Part shown: positions 21,478 through 35,715 of the stretch, piece after piece
Layout: each line of letters starts with the position of its first letter
Position numbering within the stretch: position 1 is the first letter of the stretch
Assembly: GCA_904063045.1 (NCBI GenBank)
Contig: CAJFCJ010000020.1
Coordinates: 736,916-800,915, forward strand
Origin: Dimorphilus gyrociliatus
Taxonomy: Eukaryota; Animalia; Annelida
Direction: 5' to 3'
DNA length: 64,000 nucleotides
The notes under the pieces: model-generated
The model's input: only the letters and a program-made list of their open reading frames with translations
What the model was told of the DNA's origin: nothing
The model's database searches: none
Made by a program: the position numbers and the translations under genes

Positions 21478-24400
21478 CTATAATGATTGAATGTCAATAG
21501 GTATATCAAATTGTGTCGATATTCGTTTAAGCTCTTCTTCGTAACGTACGTTTCTCTCCACAGCTTGTTTATAATTATATTTAAGATCTTCTATCTCCTC
21601 GAAAAATGCTGGTCCAAAATTTTCCAATTCTTTATTTAACTTTTAAATTTGATGATGGATATAAAAAAAAAGGAAAAAGAATGCTTTAACAAAGAGACAA
21701 GTAATGATTTATCACGATTTCGCTTACTTTTCCTACTCGGTTGTTTAATTGATCCCTTTCTAGTTCAACTGCTCTTAATTTAGTTCTTAAATCGAGATTA
21801 TCCTCTATAGTCTGGTCGTGAACCCTTAATTTCTCTACCATTTCGTCATCCCGCTAAAATAAAATATATAATATATTTATATATTAAATACTTAATTATT
21901 GATTTTACTATATCTTGCATATCTCCAGTGACCGTTCTTCTTCTCAAATTTCTTATTTCTTTCAATAATTCGCCTTTTTCCTCTTCTAAACGACTAACGT
22001 CCATTCTGTTAATTACGATCAGGGGTTAGTCGGTATCAAACCATTAAGTAATTATTTAAATACACTCTACAACTGATCCCATATATAATTTATGGAACGT
22101 ATGGAATTGTATCAAATTTACTCTCTTCCTCCTTCTCTTGTTTTTTTATTTTCCCCGTAAAGGATAAAGATTGAGAAGATGACAAAGATAAATTATATCA
22201 ATTTTGGAAATAAAGGAAGAATAAGAATAAGAGAAATACATAAGATGAATATTAAATTAAGTTTTAATTAGTTAAAACACGCTAAAATGTATAAATGAAT
22301 AAAAAGAGGAAAAGCAACGAGAGAATCGAACAATTAAACCTTGTCTGCTGTAATAGAGATAGGGTTTCCCCATCAGCGTGGGTTGTTGGAACTGTTTGAA
22401 TTATTTGTATCTGCACAAAGGAAAACCTAAGTTTAGTAACAAATTTGCAAATATGAAATATCTTTTTGCTCACCTGTCGCTGTAAATCTCTATTATCCGT
22501 AATAAGCTCCTGCTCTCTCATGGCCGCTTCCCGAAGAAGAGCCTTAGAATCGGCTAACACCTTGTCCTTTTTTTAATTAGAAATTTTTCTCATTATATAA
22601 TTAATCTCAATAAATTGTAATTATATTCTATAATTTTAGGATATTAATAACAACTCGCTTGTAAGAGAGTTATATTTATCCTATAAGGTTAATAGCCTTA
22701 TTTCTTACCTTCTTCTCTAGATCTTCCTCTAATTCTTTTATTCTAGTTTCATAGAGATGAGTTGTAATGTTTGCTTTACTAGCAACTTTCGATTCGCCCC
22801 CATGCAATTTAGCCTTGACCATTTCGAGATCAGAATGCAATCTATCCCTATTTCTCTCTACTTGCTGAACTTGCATTTTCAGCTTTTCGTTAGTTTCGAT
22901 CTCTTTTCTTAACTCTTTACGTAATTTTTCATAATCTTGCTTTATTCTTTGAACAGCCATTTGCTGGCTTTCGTATCTCTCGGACAGAGATGCTCCGACT
23001 TTTGATCTAAGTTCTTCCAGTTGTTCCCTTAAAGCGGAATTTTCTTTTCCCAGACCTTTCAATTGTTCGGAGTTCACTATTCCAGGTGTTTTTTTCAATC
23101 TTTCATTTTCTAGTTGCAATTTTTCAACAACTTTCTTAAGAAGGGCAATTGTTCGCTCCAACTCTCGAGCGCTTTTTCCCGACTCTCCAATCTGTCAGAG
23201 AGAATTAACTAGTCGTGAAAGGATAAAAAGATTGATCCTTTTTTTTTAACTTACCCTTCTTACGCCTGATGGGGGTGTCAAAATTGCTGTAAGACGTTCA
23301 GTAGAACCTGACGAGTTCATACTTAATTGCTCTTTTTCCATTTTCAATACGTCAACATATTGCTGTAGATCGTGAACTCGCTGACGTAATCTCGGTACGT
23401 CTTTATTTAGTTTTTCTATTTCTAATTTAAGTTCCACATTCTCTTCACTAACTTTAATAAAGTCTCTCTGTAATTTTTGTTCTTTTTTCTGTAACGTTCT
23501 ATGTGCAGCGGATGAGATGGTTTCCGAATCTCCGGCCATAGTCCGTCTTGTTGCCTCCTGCTCGTAGGCGTCTAAACGCTCAGAAAGGAATTTATTGCGT
23601 AATTCGATTTCTTGAACTGTCGTTTCCTTTCCAGCCAGGAGTTGACGCTTCATTTCCGCAATCTAAAAGTAAATTTTTCTTTAGTAATAGAAAAAAAGAG
23701 GGAAAAATTTATAAAAGAACTCTGACATTCTATTCCGTCTTTCCTTTGACATGAAAAAAAAAAACGATTAAATGTGCTTACTTCTTCTTCTAATTCAAAG
23801 TTCCTCTTCTTATACTCTTCCAAGGAGTGCTGCTCTTTAATACTAGATGGCGCAAAAGCTGAGGGTTTAGTTTTAGGTTTAGCGGAACCGGAAGATTTTA
23901 AAGATGAAATTCTCTTTTCAAGTTGTTCTTTTTCTTGATTGGCTCTATTAGCGAAATGTAGTTAAATTAATAAGTTGAAAGTATGAAATCAGTTAAAAGT
24001 TTAAATTCATCACCTATTCAATCCTTCTTTGTATCTGTCGCAATCTTTGTGCAGCTTCTCCACTTCGTTATCTTTGTCCTTTAAACGAGTATTTAGTCTA
24101 TCAACCATTTGCTGCCATTTCTTAGTTTCCTCCCATTTCGCTACAGCCTCAGGCTGATTAAAAAGATAAAAGATTGTCGTTTATATGGATCAGAAGAAAT
24201 TACTCTTAAATTATCAATTATTGTTGTCAATTACTTTTGTTTGTTCGTAAGGTTTTTCGGCGGTCATTTTCCTTTTAAGTTCATCTTGTAATACTTTATT
24301 TTTTCGGCGTAACTCTTCAACTTCTCTCTGATTATCACCAGCAACGAATCCCTGGAGGTCAGTGTGGGGGTGTGAAAGGAAATTGATAAATAGATCTAAT

Positions 24401-27400
24401 TTTCCAAACGTGTATTTCATACTAACCTGCTTCCTTACATTACCCATTCTACGAATTTTATTGTCAAGATCATCAACCTCCTCTTCTAATTTCTTTTTAT
24501 CGCTTTTAAGCTTTTTTACCTGTTTCTCCAGACGCCCTGTTAAGAGATAATGATTACATATCCGGTTTCAGTAGAAAAAATTTGACATTTTATTAAACTA
24601 ATTTTACCTTTATCAGCTTCAAATTCTTCTTGTGCGAGTGCCATATGTTCACGTTCTTTTTGGATGATCTTATTTGATTTCTTCAAAGAGATTATCTGCT
24701 TTTCTAATTGTTCAACTTCCTCTTGAAGACCTTTTGTCCTCTTATCAACAACCTTCTCTATATGAATCTCGGTAGACGTTTGATCTGCGTAGGCTTGAAC
24801 TTCACTTTGGGCTTGTTTAACCATATCCGATCTCAAGTCTTGAAGAGTTTTACTAAGGGTTGCTTGCTGCTTTTCTTTATCTTTTAGATCGGATTTAAGT
24901 CGCTCAACTAGTTGTTTCATGGCAGTTGTGGGGGCTTTTACATTTTCCCTCTTTTGATGCTCGATTTCCTGATACAAAATAGCAATTTGGTCACTTTTTT
25001 GTCTAGCTTCCTCTTCAATATTATCCAATTGTTCCTTTACTTCCGACAACTCCAAATTATGGTTTTCTCTAATGGAATCTATCTCAGCCGAATGAGATTT
25101 AATTAGGTCATCGTGCTTACATTTCCACGAGTGACACTCTTGTCTACACTTAGCTAACTTATCTCGCAGGGCAGCCATCGAATTATCTCGTTCAGCAACT
25201 TCGTCTTCTAATTCATTCAATCTACGTAATTGTTGATTCGTAGGTAGAGTGCTCTGATCTATTTTCTCTGTAGCAGCCTTTCGTAGTTTCCTCAAACCAT
25301 CTTCTCTTTGAGCGTGGAGTTGTTCTTGCAAATTTTTCAATTCTATCTCGTGACGCTTAGCCTGATGTAGAAGATCATCTCTGGCATTTTTCAATAGTTC
25401 ATCGAATTTTGCAATAGTTTGCTGTTTCTGCTCTAGACGAGCTTGAAGAGATGCAACTGTTGCTTGGGCAACTTTAACCGGATAATCTGCATCTGTCGAT
25501 GGCGGAGCAGAACCTTCAAGATGGGCAGTAGCTTTGGCAATAGCATCATCACGTTCTTGTGAGGCTGGTAGACGTAGTCTAAGTTCAGTAATTACTCTAT
25601 CGCGTGCCGTAACATCGCATTCTAATTTCTTCACTTTATTTTCGAGCTCTTCCATTCTCTGTTGAACGAAAATAAGTTATATATATTATTCAAATTTTTG
25701 GCGCGAAACTAAAAAATATTTATCTTAGCCAGTTTAGTAGACTTAGCAACTTAGCTCATAGATTTTTTATAATAGGCCTACGAGATAAATGGCGGCAGAT
25801 ATACGGTATCGAATGCATCAAGAAATCTATAAATATTTATACAAAGCTGATTATGCGCAATGCAGATCGGTTATGAACAAATTGATGTGCTACGGTCACA
25901 GTATAATAAAATATCAACCGGAATATCCTTTGATTTACTGTGTTGCGCTGATGATCGGTTCAGGAATGACATTGGATATAAGTGATTGGTACTGCTTTAT
26001 AAATAAATCTCTAAGCGAACCTCTACTGAGGATAGTGTTTCTTGTTGGACATAGAGTATACGATATGAGTCTAGAAAGACCATATTTTGGTGAGAAAGTT
26101 AAGCGCTTCGAAGCGACAAAACGTGCTTATACTTTGCATAAAAATGGCTCAGTACGAACTCTAAGAGATTTAAGCATTATAACTATTCGTAGTAAGTTGC
26201 CAATACCGTATTGTCGATACGTAAAACAATTAATATTGGATAGTAAACTGCCTGCAAAGTTAGAAATGGAATTACTATTTGAGAAAGAAATTGATGAAAT
26301 AATGGAACAAGCTCAAGAAGAACAATTAGTATCAATGATGGGTATTAATACTTATGAAAAATTCCTGTTAGCCGCCTTTTCCTCAAGTTGATTAATCGTT
26401 CCTTTGTTGAAATAATTTTGTTATTTGTGCTCAATCCTACCTCTTTTAATTTTTAGTGATTTTAGTTAGGAAACTTTGATAAATGATGTTTGAGAAAGCC
26501 TTTAAAAAGTTTATTCTACTTACTTTTTTAGTTGCCTGTGTTTCGGCTCGAGCGTCTAATATGAGTTTCACATTACGTTTAATCGTTGTTGTTGCCTGCT
26601 CTAATTGTTCGGCAACTGGAAGTGAAGTATCGGGAATTGCACCGACAGCCGATTCAAATTGAGAAGCTGCCGAAGCAATTTCGGCTTGGTGTTTTTCCAT
26701 ATTCATTATTGTTCTTTCTAATTCTACCTCCCTTTGTTCCCATTCCAGCTGTCTAGCTTCCAATTCCTTCTCCATCCTAACTTTTTGTTCGTCGAGATCT
26801 GAAGCCTCTGCTTCGTATTGCTTATTAACGGATTCCAAATGATGAATTTGCTGTTGTAATTTATCGCAGTTTCTCTTGTGTTTAAGCATTTCCAATCGAA
26901 CCTCCTCCAAACGACTATGCCATTCCACCACCTTAGCCGCTCCCGCTCCATCCTTTAAGGCGCTTATTAACTCTTGCAATCCGTCTCTTTGTAATTTAGC
27001 TTTTTGTAATTCACTTTCCACTTTATCTCTGTCTATATTTGTCAATCTTAGCTGCTCTTCCACATTAGCCTTATCCTTTTGAAGTTTAACTAGATTTTCT
27101 GTAAATTTCTCTTGAGTAGGTAGTGGGACAGCGCCGCTGTACCTTCTTCGAAATTCTTGGAGTGTAGTTTTTAGATACCGTTGTTTTGTACGAGATTCTT
27201 GTCTATTATGATATATGGTTTGATCTTTCTCATCTATCTTTCTTTCAGTTCTTAACAATTGAGCTTCTAGTTTTAAAATCTTTTTATGACTATCTTGAAC
27301 TTTCCTAACTGCAGTTCCTTCGCTTATTTGCAATTGGACGAGCTGACGGTGTAATTTACCGATAACAGATTTCTCATCGCTCGAACATTGGAAGTCAAGG

Positions 27401-30400
27401 AGTTGCTGACGAAGCGATGTTACTTCCTTATCACGCGAAACCTGTTGTTGGTCTAGAGCTCTGGCTTGATTCGAGGCAACCTCGGAAATGTCTTTAAGGG
27501 TTGCTACCTCCAATTTAGTTTTAGACAATGCCTCTTCCAATTCTAAAATTTTTGTCCTATCTCTATCACTTATTTCTTTTGTTACAGAATTAGCGAGCTC
27601 ATCCTGAAGTTCCCTTTCAGTCTTTTGTAATTCGAGGTTCATCTTAGTTATTTCTCGAAATTTACTCTCCAATTCAAAATTTCTATCTTCCAACTCTCTT
27701 AATTGGATTTTTTGTTGGTCATACATTCGAGCAGAATGATCAGCTCTCTGCCTCTCGTTTAATTCTTTTAGCTCCAAAGTAGTTATTTTCTTTGACAAAC
27801 TAATTACATCAGAATCCCCGAGTATTTCCGTCGCTTCTCTTCCAAGACCTTCCTTCCTTAATCTTTCAAAGGCTGCTTCAATGACGTGTAATTTCTCCTT
27901 CTCAGTTGACAATTCCTGTTTGAAAACATCATTTTCAGATCGTAAGCGTTTTATTTCGACCTCGAAACCGGAATTCTCTTCATTCTTCGCCACTAAGTGA
28001 TTACTTTTCTCTAATAAATCCCTGTACTTTTCAGTCAATTCCGTGTGCTCTTTATTGGCTCTTTCTAGATCCTTAGATGGAACACTATCATCCAAACGCT
28101 TTTGAAGACTAGCTAATTTAAAGGATGCCATATCCTTATATCTTTGTAAATAGCTTATTCTATCTGTTATGGCCGCTTCCATCTCAATCATTTCATTTTT
28201 GAGCTTTGTATTTTCTTTTCTACAAGTTTGCTCCATCTCAGAAAGTGCTGTAAAGCGTCTAGTCAATGCTTTTTCATTAACCTTTAACACAGTTATTTTT
28301 CTTGTTAAATCCGCTAAACGACTTTTAATTTCATCTTCATTTGATAGAGAGTCCAATAGATTCTAAAAAAGGAGAGAAAAGAGAGGATATGTATTATAAA
28401 TTGAAAAAGCAACAGAAATTAATTACATCTAATTCAATTCCTTTTGCCTTTGATTCTTCTTTCTCACCAATGGCGTCTTGTAATTCTTTTCTTAATCTCT
28501 CCAATTCTTTATCCATTTCCTGGTTTAAGTAATTAAAACATAAATTACAAGTATTGTGTTAATATTCTGCTAGGATTAAAAGAAAATACGAATAAAAAGA
28601 AGAGCAACAATACCTTTTTTCTTTCAATATATTCTTTGTATATTAAACCCTGTTGAGTTCGAACCACAGCAAATTTCCTTTTATAAACTTCTAGGGATTC
28701 TTCCATTTCCACAAGCATTTTTTCCTTAAGTGACAACTCCTATACGGATAATTAATTAATATTTCCTGTTTCCAAAATTTAAAAATAATTTACGAAAAAC
28801 GAACTTGTAAAATTTGAACTAAATGCTCGTTTAATGATGCGATAACATCCGAACTAGTTGGAGCCATTCCTTCGGGCAACGCAATCGTTTGAAAGTGAAC
28901 ACCAGCACCTGCTTCCTTAAGCGATTTTAACTCTGCTTCTAAAGTATTTGTCTAAAGGTTTCAAACACATTAATAAATCAATGTACGACTGAAAATCTAA
29001 TGTATCTTATTACTTTATTCTGCTGTTTTTCAAATTGAACAGTTGCTTTTGTTGCTTCGTATCTTACATCTCTTAATTCCTTTCTTAAAGCTTCATTATG
29101 GCCAGTCAAATTATCAACTTGAGCTTTAAGGTAAAACGTTGCATCGTAACGTCCCATGACATTTTTAGCTTCAATGGCCTATTTTATATGGTAATTTAAT
29201 ATAATGGCCGTGTAAGTTATTTCGTCTAAAGTATCTTTATATAATATTTACCGTGAGCATCTTGTCTAATGATGGGCATTCTAGCACGAGAGTTCCTCCA
29301 CTATTGACTCCTAGACGTGAATAATTAATATTAATAATCTTTAGCTTACAGAATTTCTACTTTATTACTTTCTTCTTCAAGGGCAGACTTAATTTCTTTC
29401 AGACCATCGTGCAAACCTTTATTCTCCTCTAAAAGATCTTTTTCTTTGTTCCTTAATTCGCTAGTCTCAAGGCTAAGTTTTTGGAACTTTTTCTCCAATT
29501 TTTCCATTTCAATCTTTTGCTTTTTACTCTGTTAAAATATACGACCTGTTTTTAATATGGTCTTATTTGCTGAATGAAAGAAGTACTAACAAATATCTCT
29601 GCTGTTCCTGGTTCAGCGGATAACTTTGAAACGGTTTCCGAAACTATAAAATTATCTCCAGTATCTTCAGACCAAGCCGCTCTAACACCACTAATCAATG
29701 TAAAAATATATATATCATATTATTAATTAATTATTAAGAGGAGATTAATAATGACCTTGGTCCTACTCTACGTGCTAGAAGACGGATTTGGTTCTTTAAT
29801 TTATAAATGGTATCTTCATTACCCTCAATCTATAGATTAATTACGATAAAAGATAAAATTAAAAATTGAAATTAAAGATATTGAATTATCTGACCTCTTT
29901 TTGTAAAATCATAATATTTGCTCTGTCTTCTTCTTTTCTAACTGCCTTTAACATTTTAAAATCTGCAAGGTCAATCTTATCATCTGCCTTGTAGCCTAGT
30001 CTTTCCCTAAGTGCTTCATTTTCATCAGCCATCTCATTTAATTTCCACTCGCATTTATCAATGTGTTGAATTAGTTCTTCGTATTGTTTCTCTAGATTTT
30101 TCTTCTCATTGTTAACTCTTTTTAGATCTGTAATGGCGTCACTCAGCGGATCATTACCAGAGAATCTATTACGGTATTCTTCCCAAAATTCATTCATTCT
30201 TCTGTCTTTTTCTTCGGCATGAGCTTCTGCTTCTACAGCTTTTTCTTCTGCAATTCTTAATTGTTCTGCTTGAGTTTTCATCAATTCTTGCATTTGAGCT
30301 AGTTTCATTGTAACCTTTCCTACAGGCTGACTCTGGCCCTTATTAATTTCTCTACGTAAGTCCTCAATTTCGGCTTTAACTTCGTTCATTTCATTTACTC

Positions 30401-31665
30401 CATCGCTTAGTTTATTAGTCAGACTTTCTATTTCTTTATTTTTATCCTCTAAAACTTTTGTTAACAAAGCAACAGATGCTTTTTCGGAGTCCATATTAGC
30501 CGCTGTTAGACGGTCTTTTAAGTCTGAAATTTGACTATTCAAACGAAGAATATGAGCATCTTTTTCAGATAAAAGATTGGTCCAACTTTCTACTTTCTCA
30601 TTAACGTAAATCATAATTTGGTCGTCAGCGTCCAATTTGTTTTTTTGAGCATTGTGAAGAGCTTCATTTTGATCTTTCAACATTTCGTTTTCATTCTCGA
30701 GTACTTTCAATTGCCTATCAGAATCGGTATATAATTGTCTCATTTTGAAGCATTCTTCTTTGGTTTTTTCAAATTCTTCGCTACCGTCCCTTATTTCCTG
30801 TTTTAAGTCTTCTATACGCCTTTCTAAAGTGATCTTTTCATCATATAACTTATTCATTTCATCTTGTAAACCAGACATATCTTTGTTCTTTGCCCTTAAA
30901 TTCTCCCTTTGTTTATCCTCATCTTCTCTTTTGGCTCTAAGCTCTTCATTGAACTTTTGTACCATACCTTGTAGCTTATTTTTATCTTCTTTTAATAGCC
31001 CACTCTCTCTTTGTGAATCTCGTAAATCTCTTTTCAGATTTTCCATTTCTGCTGACTGTTGTTCTAAATTTCTTCTCTCCTTATCCAGGTCCACCAAAAT
31101 ACTTTCTTTTTGTCTTCTGAGCTCATCAACCATTTGTTCTAAGCTTTGAATATTATTGATAAGGTTTTCAGGTACCGACTCTCCTGTTGTTGTTCTTATG
31201 CTCTTTTTCTAATACAGAAGAAGCAAAAATTTAAGAAAAACAACAGGTATTTATTAATGTCTCTGACTTACTTTGGCTTCTTGTAGTTCTAACTGAAGTC
31301 TGTTTACTTCCTGTTCCATCTCCTTTTCTATTAAAGCCAAAGTTGAACAAACTGCCGTTAGCTATTATTCACCTACCTCTCTTTTTGTTTATTTTTGAAA
31401 ATGACATCACTTCTTCCGTAGCGACTTCGAGTTCGACACATTTTAGGTTTAAACATTGTTGGAGAGCGTTTACGAGTATTTGAACGTTAGAATCCTCAGA
31501 AACAGACTCAGGTTCCCGCTAAAATAGAGCTTTATCACTTTGTGTAAAGTGTCTAAGTACAAAATAACTTACAGAAACCAAAAACTCGATTACATTCACA
31601 ACTTCTTCGTCTTTAGCATCTTCAGCATTAAATGTAGCTAAAGACTCAATAGTTAGTTCGCCCAT
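21478..31665 (-). CDS. CEP290: Centrosomal/ciliary transition-zone protein CEP290, multi-exon
   Basis: Long coiled-coil exons with CEP290-specific strings: LKVNEKALTRRF, ISYLQRYKDMASFKL, ELNERQRADH, DEKSVIGKLHRQLVQLQISE, ARDRVITELRLRLP, C-terminal FFEEIEDLKYNY. ATG 31665, TAG 21478-21480. Confidence 0.95.
25789..26391 (+). CDS. Intronless 200-aa protein with a C-terminal SOCS-box-like motif, antisense within a CEP290 intron
   Basis: Good Kozak context (taaATGG). 26152-26280 encodes VRTLRDLSIITIRSKL...LILDSKLPAKLEMELLF (BC-box [STP]Lxxx[CSA]xxxI plus an LPxxL Cul5-box-like segment). Lies wholly inside the 865-nt intron 25659-26523. Confidence 0.7.
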   Translation: MAADIRYRMHQEIYKYLYKADYAQCRSVMNKLMCYGHSIIKYQPEYPLIYCVALMIGSGMTLDISDWYCFINKSLSEPLLRIVFLVGHRVYDMSLERPYFGEKVKRFEATKRAYTLHKNGSVRTLRDLSIITIRSKLPIPYCRYVKQLILDSKLPAKLEMELLFEKEIDEIMEQAQEEQLVSMMGINTYEKFLLAAFSSS

Positions 31666-32192
31666 AGTTTATTGAACGATTTAAAGTACCGAACGAAACT
31701 AGGAATAGTTGCGAGTCTAAACTTGACAAATCACAACGTTGATCTTTTTGGTTATATTGAAAAAATACAAAAGGGTATTTAAAAGCAGAAATCTTCAAAA
31801 TAAAATTTTTAACAGCTCAGAAATACTTAGTTTCCATGTTGTATATAACATAAAATCATTTTACAAAAGAATTTCAGCGCTTGTTGATAAGGGAATTCCA
31901 GGAAGTGACGAAATAACCCTCTAGGGGAGTCCTAGACTAAAGTCAAACCGCTAATATTACATACATTATTATTATCAATGCAGTTTTATAATTATTCAAT
32001 ATAACTGAATGAAAAAAGCCAAAAACTCATACCCATTGCACGTTCATTGTTATAGATTTATTTTTGAAAAATAATAAATCGCAAGTTTCTGTTAAAAATT
32101 AACAGGCGGATCGCGTGGGAAACAACATTAACTCGGTTGGCCAGTTCTACAATATAAACTCTGTTGAACACAAAGGTACTATGGCCACATCA

Positions 32193-33775
32193 TCAACTGG
32201 ACGGTTGGTTCCGTTCCGCTAGAAACTCTTCATATGCTTCCGCTATTTCCTCATCGATTCCGTCATCTGATTCTATCACTTCCTCTACTAGTTCATAACT
32301 TAAACAAGAAATATTTCCATTATACGTGAAAAAAGAAGGAAAAATATATGAATGCCTTACCCATTATAAACAAAGTCCTCCTCAAAGGGAATAAAGTCAT
32401 TTATATCTGGGGGAAGAGAGCGGGAATCAACCAAGTTACCGCCAGTAAATTCTCCATTTTCGGTATATGCTGGTAAATCTCCGTACAATTCGTTATGTGT
32501 ATTTACAGCTTCTGGTAAGGAGTATATATGTCCGGCGTTGTAATAGAAAACCGGGCAGTCCTGTGAAATCAAATTATAATATCAGACTTAAAATCAGAAG
32601 AGACAGGAGTTTGGAAGACGTTGATCTTTAAACTTACAATTGTCTCTAAACAAATGCCATCATAGCTTTTGTTCTTTAGGCCAAAGTTATTTGCTCGTAA
32701 CTTTACCAAGGATAACAGCTTCATACGAATGCGCCTTTGTGTAAAATAAAACATAGGGTAAATATTTAACACTGATTAATCGACCCTTTAACTTCCTTAC
32801 CTGCTGGCTTTACTGCTTACTATGATATTTTCAATAGGAGAAAATAGCCAATCTAACATATCTTGTAGACGAGGTGGTCCGGCTTCTTTGGATTTACCGT
32901 GCTTCTTAAAGTGTTCGCATTGAGCCAGAATTGCTCCGGTCATCTATTTTTAACGTATTTAGATTATAAAGGATGTGAATTTAATAATATCGAGTTGCTG
33001 ACTTTTATAACATCAATTACTGCTATGACCACGTTCTCCTCAAGGCGAGTCATTTCCCGATTATGAGCATATTTCATGATCTCTTGCACTATTTGGTTCA
33101 GCTTGGAGCCAATTTCGCCCATTCTTGAACCGGTAGAAGACTGAAATGGTTTAACAATGTTATAGGTTTCAAAATGGAAACATTAGTATGGGCCCTTACA
33201 ATCATATTTAGAAATATCTCGCCCATAAAAAGAATAGTTCCAGACAGGAAGTCCAATTTATCCGGTTGCCCAATGGCGCCCATTGCTTTCTCAGCTTCTT
33301 CATTACACCTTTAAAATAAATTAAACGTTCTGATTCATTCAGTTTTCAAAATTTACAAACTTGTTGATCAAGTGCGCTCGGAAGTCTACGCCGTCTATTA
33401 TTGTCGAAGATAAGTGCTTGTTCAAGTAGACGAACATTCTGGCGCAGGTATATCGAATTGATGATGTTGAAACACCCTATTTAAAACGGGATAAATTCAA
33501 ATGCTGATAGCCATTACACCATAAAGTATACATACCAAATTAAAGATATATGATACAACTGCTGTCACATCAGCATTCGTCTTGCATGCATTTTTCAAAT
33601 TATTAACTAATTTCGGCATCACCTCATGGTAGGAGCCAGGACTGGCTGTTAATGAGGACATTGCAGTCCTTACAGCGGTCATGGCCGTTGAATCGTGTTG
33701 ATCGCCGGCAGGTGCGACTGACTGCAAACTTCGAGGTACGAAAATTGCAGCCCCGGCAGATAGTGAGCTGGTCAT
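32193..33775 (-). CDS. PAIP1: Polyadenylate-binding protein-interacting protein 1
   Basis: N-terminal PAM2 motif SSLSAGAAIFVP, MIF4G-like helical exons, acidic C-terminus GIDEEIAEAYEEFL. Confidence 0.8.
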
Positions 33776-34371
33776 TTTTTCTGCGTGAGAAAAGGTCTGG
33801 CTTAGCTGCTGAACAATTAGTGATCTAAAAGGCTTACGTACGATGTCAGTCGATTTACCGACTCTTGCAAGCAGTTCAACCGGTTTAGGCACTTTTCAGT
33901 AACTGTTTAATTCGTATGAGGATCACACTTAAGTGGGCTATTCGTCTAAAAACGTAGATTAAGTTTGTTATGTTTGTGAAGTCTCAAAAAAATAGGCCAA
34001 GAAACGTTTCCGTTTCCTGTGATACGAATATTTCTTGAGCGAAATGAATGTTCAATTCAAAATTTTTTTTTATCAATTAATAAATTTTACTTTTAAAAAT
34101 GATGGAAAGGGTATTATTAACTTTTTCGAGAGAAAAAAACCGGATTGATAACACGTGAATATTTGACCGTTTCGTCGGTATCAGGAGCCAGATTACATAT
34201 ATAAAAATATAAGAATCAACCAATCGGACATTTTAGCTACAGAAACGACTGGTTCGGTGGGAATATATATCTTGCTTGCCTGCGAATTTTCTAGAGTAGT
34301 GTGACAAAAATTCCCTATAGGTGGGAATAGTATCATAATTTCCGTTTCCGTTTCCAACACACGTGCAAGCA

Positions 34372-35715
34372 ATGGGCAAGAAGCGTAAAATTCAGAAAGA
34401 GGAAAATTTGAAAAATGTCAAAAAGGCAAAGAAAAATGTTGTCGAACTGCCACCGGTCAGATCATCAGAAGAAGCGCCGATAACTAACGTAAATTTTGTA
34501 TATATCGCGTTTTAGCTTATAATTTTATGCTTACTTTGTAACAGAATAAATGGTCTAATAAAGAAAGGGTATTAGTGTTTTCATCTCGAGGAATCGGCTT
34601 TAGAGATAGACACTTAATGAAAGATTTTAAAGTACTAATGCCGCATAGTAAAAGTGAAACCAAGATGGACAAAAAGGATAGCTTAACCGTGATCAATGAG
34701 GTAAATCACTCAAATATTTTATAATATGATCTTACATGTCCTTATGAGATTATACAGATATGCCAAATGAAGAACTGCACAAAATGCATCTATTTTGAAT
34801 CAAAGAGAAAGACTGATCTCTATTTATGGTACAGTATATTTAGCACCTAGAGTGTACTCCGTGCATATTAATATACTATAATTTTTTTTTCTCTTTTTAG
34901 GATGTCAAACTGTCCCAGTGGTCCATCAGTTCGATTTGACGTTCAAAACAGTATGCTTTATCTTATTAAAATTTCATTCATTCTTTATACTGTTTTTGTT
35001 TATCAGTACACACATTATTGGAATTAAAATTGACTGGAAACTGTCTTAAACATTCAAGACCACTCCTTTGTTTTAATGAGGTTCGTCAGAAAACATGAAA
35101 AAGCTAACGAATTAATTTACTGTTAATCTTACAGGCCTTTGATGAAGCTCCTCATTGGTCATTGCTTAAAGAATTATTGATTCAGGTTTGTTAAAGAAAC
35201 TTACATTTATTCTTTTTTTAATAAGTAATTCAACAGATTTTTTCGACGCCCCGAAATCATCCAAAATCTCAACCTTTTGTAGATCATGTATTTTCCTTTA
35301 CTGTTGCTGACAATAGAATATGGTTTAGAAATTATCAAGCCATGGAAGAAGATGGCAAACTAGCAGAAATTGGTAAATGTTAAGTCTTAAAGCACAAAAA
35401 ATGTTTTAATAAATTGTCCTTGTAGGTCCAAGAATGGTTCTAAATCCAATAAAAATATTTCGCGGAAGCTTTGAAGGAGAGGTTCTCTGGCAGAACCCAC
35501 ACTACGTCTCTCGCATCAATGTAATTTTCCCATAATATTTCTTTTTTCTATCTTGTTAATGAATTTTACTTATTTAGATACGACGTCAAATAAAGCTTGC
35601 TAAGGCAAATAAATATATGGATCAAGTTCAACAAAAGAAAGCTCGTAAGAAGCGTCTCTCTGGAATTATAACTTATAAATCTGATATTACTGATCAAGTG
35701 TTTGCAACAAACTGA
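34372..35715 (+). CDS. BRIX1: Ribosome biogenesis protein BRX1
   Basis: KWSNKERVLVFSSRGIGFRDRHLMKDF, MKNCTKCIYFE, GPSVRF, HPKSQPFVDHVFSF, RIWFRNYQ and EIGPRMVLNPIKIF across short introns. Confidence 0.95.

Noticed and set aside
12018-31149. Plus-strand ORFs 12018-12299, 24912-25106, 26876-27082, 28169-28366 and 30745-31149
   Set aside because: Ser/Phe/Leu-rich antisense shadows of Lys/Glu-rich separase and CEP290 exons.
33776-33892. GTG-initiated N-terminal extension of PAIP1
   Set aside because: ORF-finder alternative start; the ATG at 33775 directly precedes the PAM2 motif.
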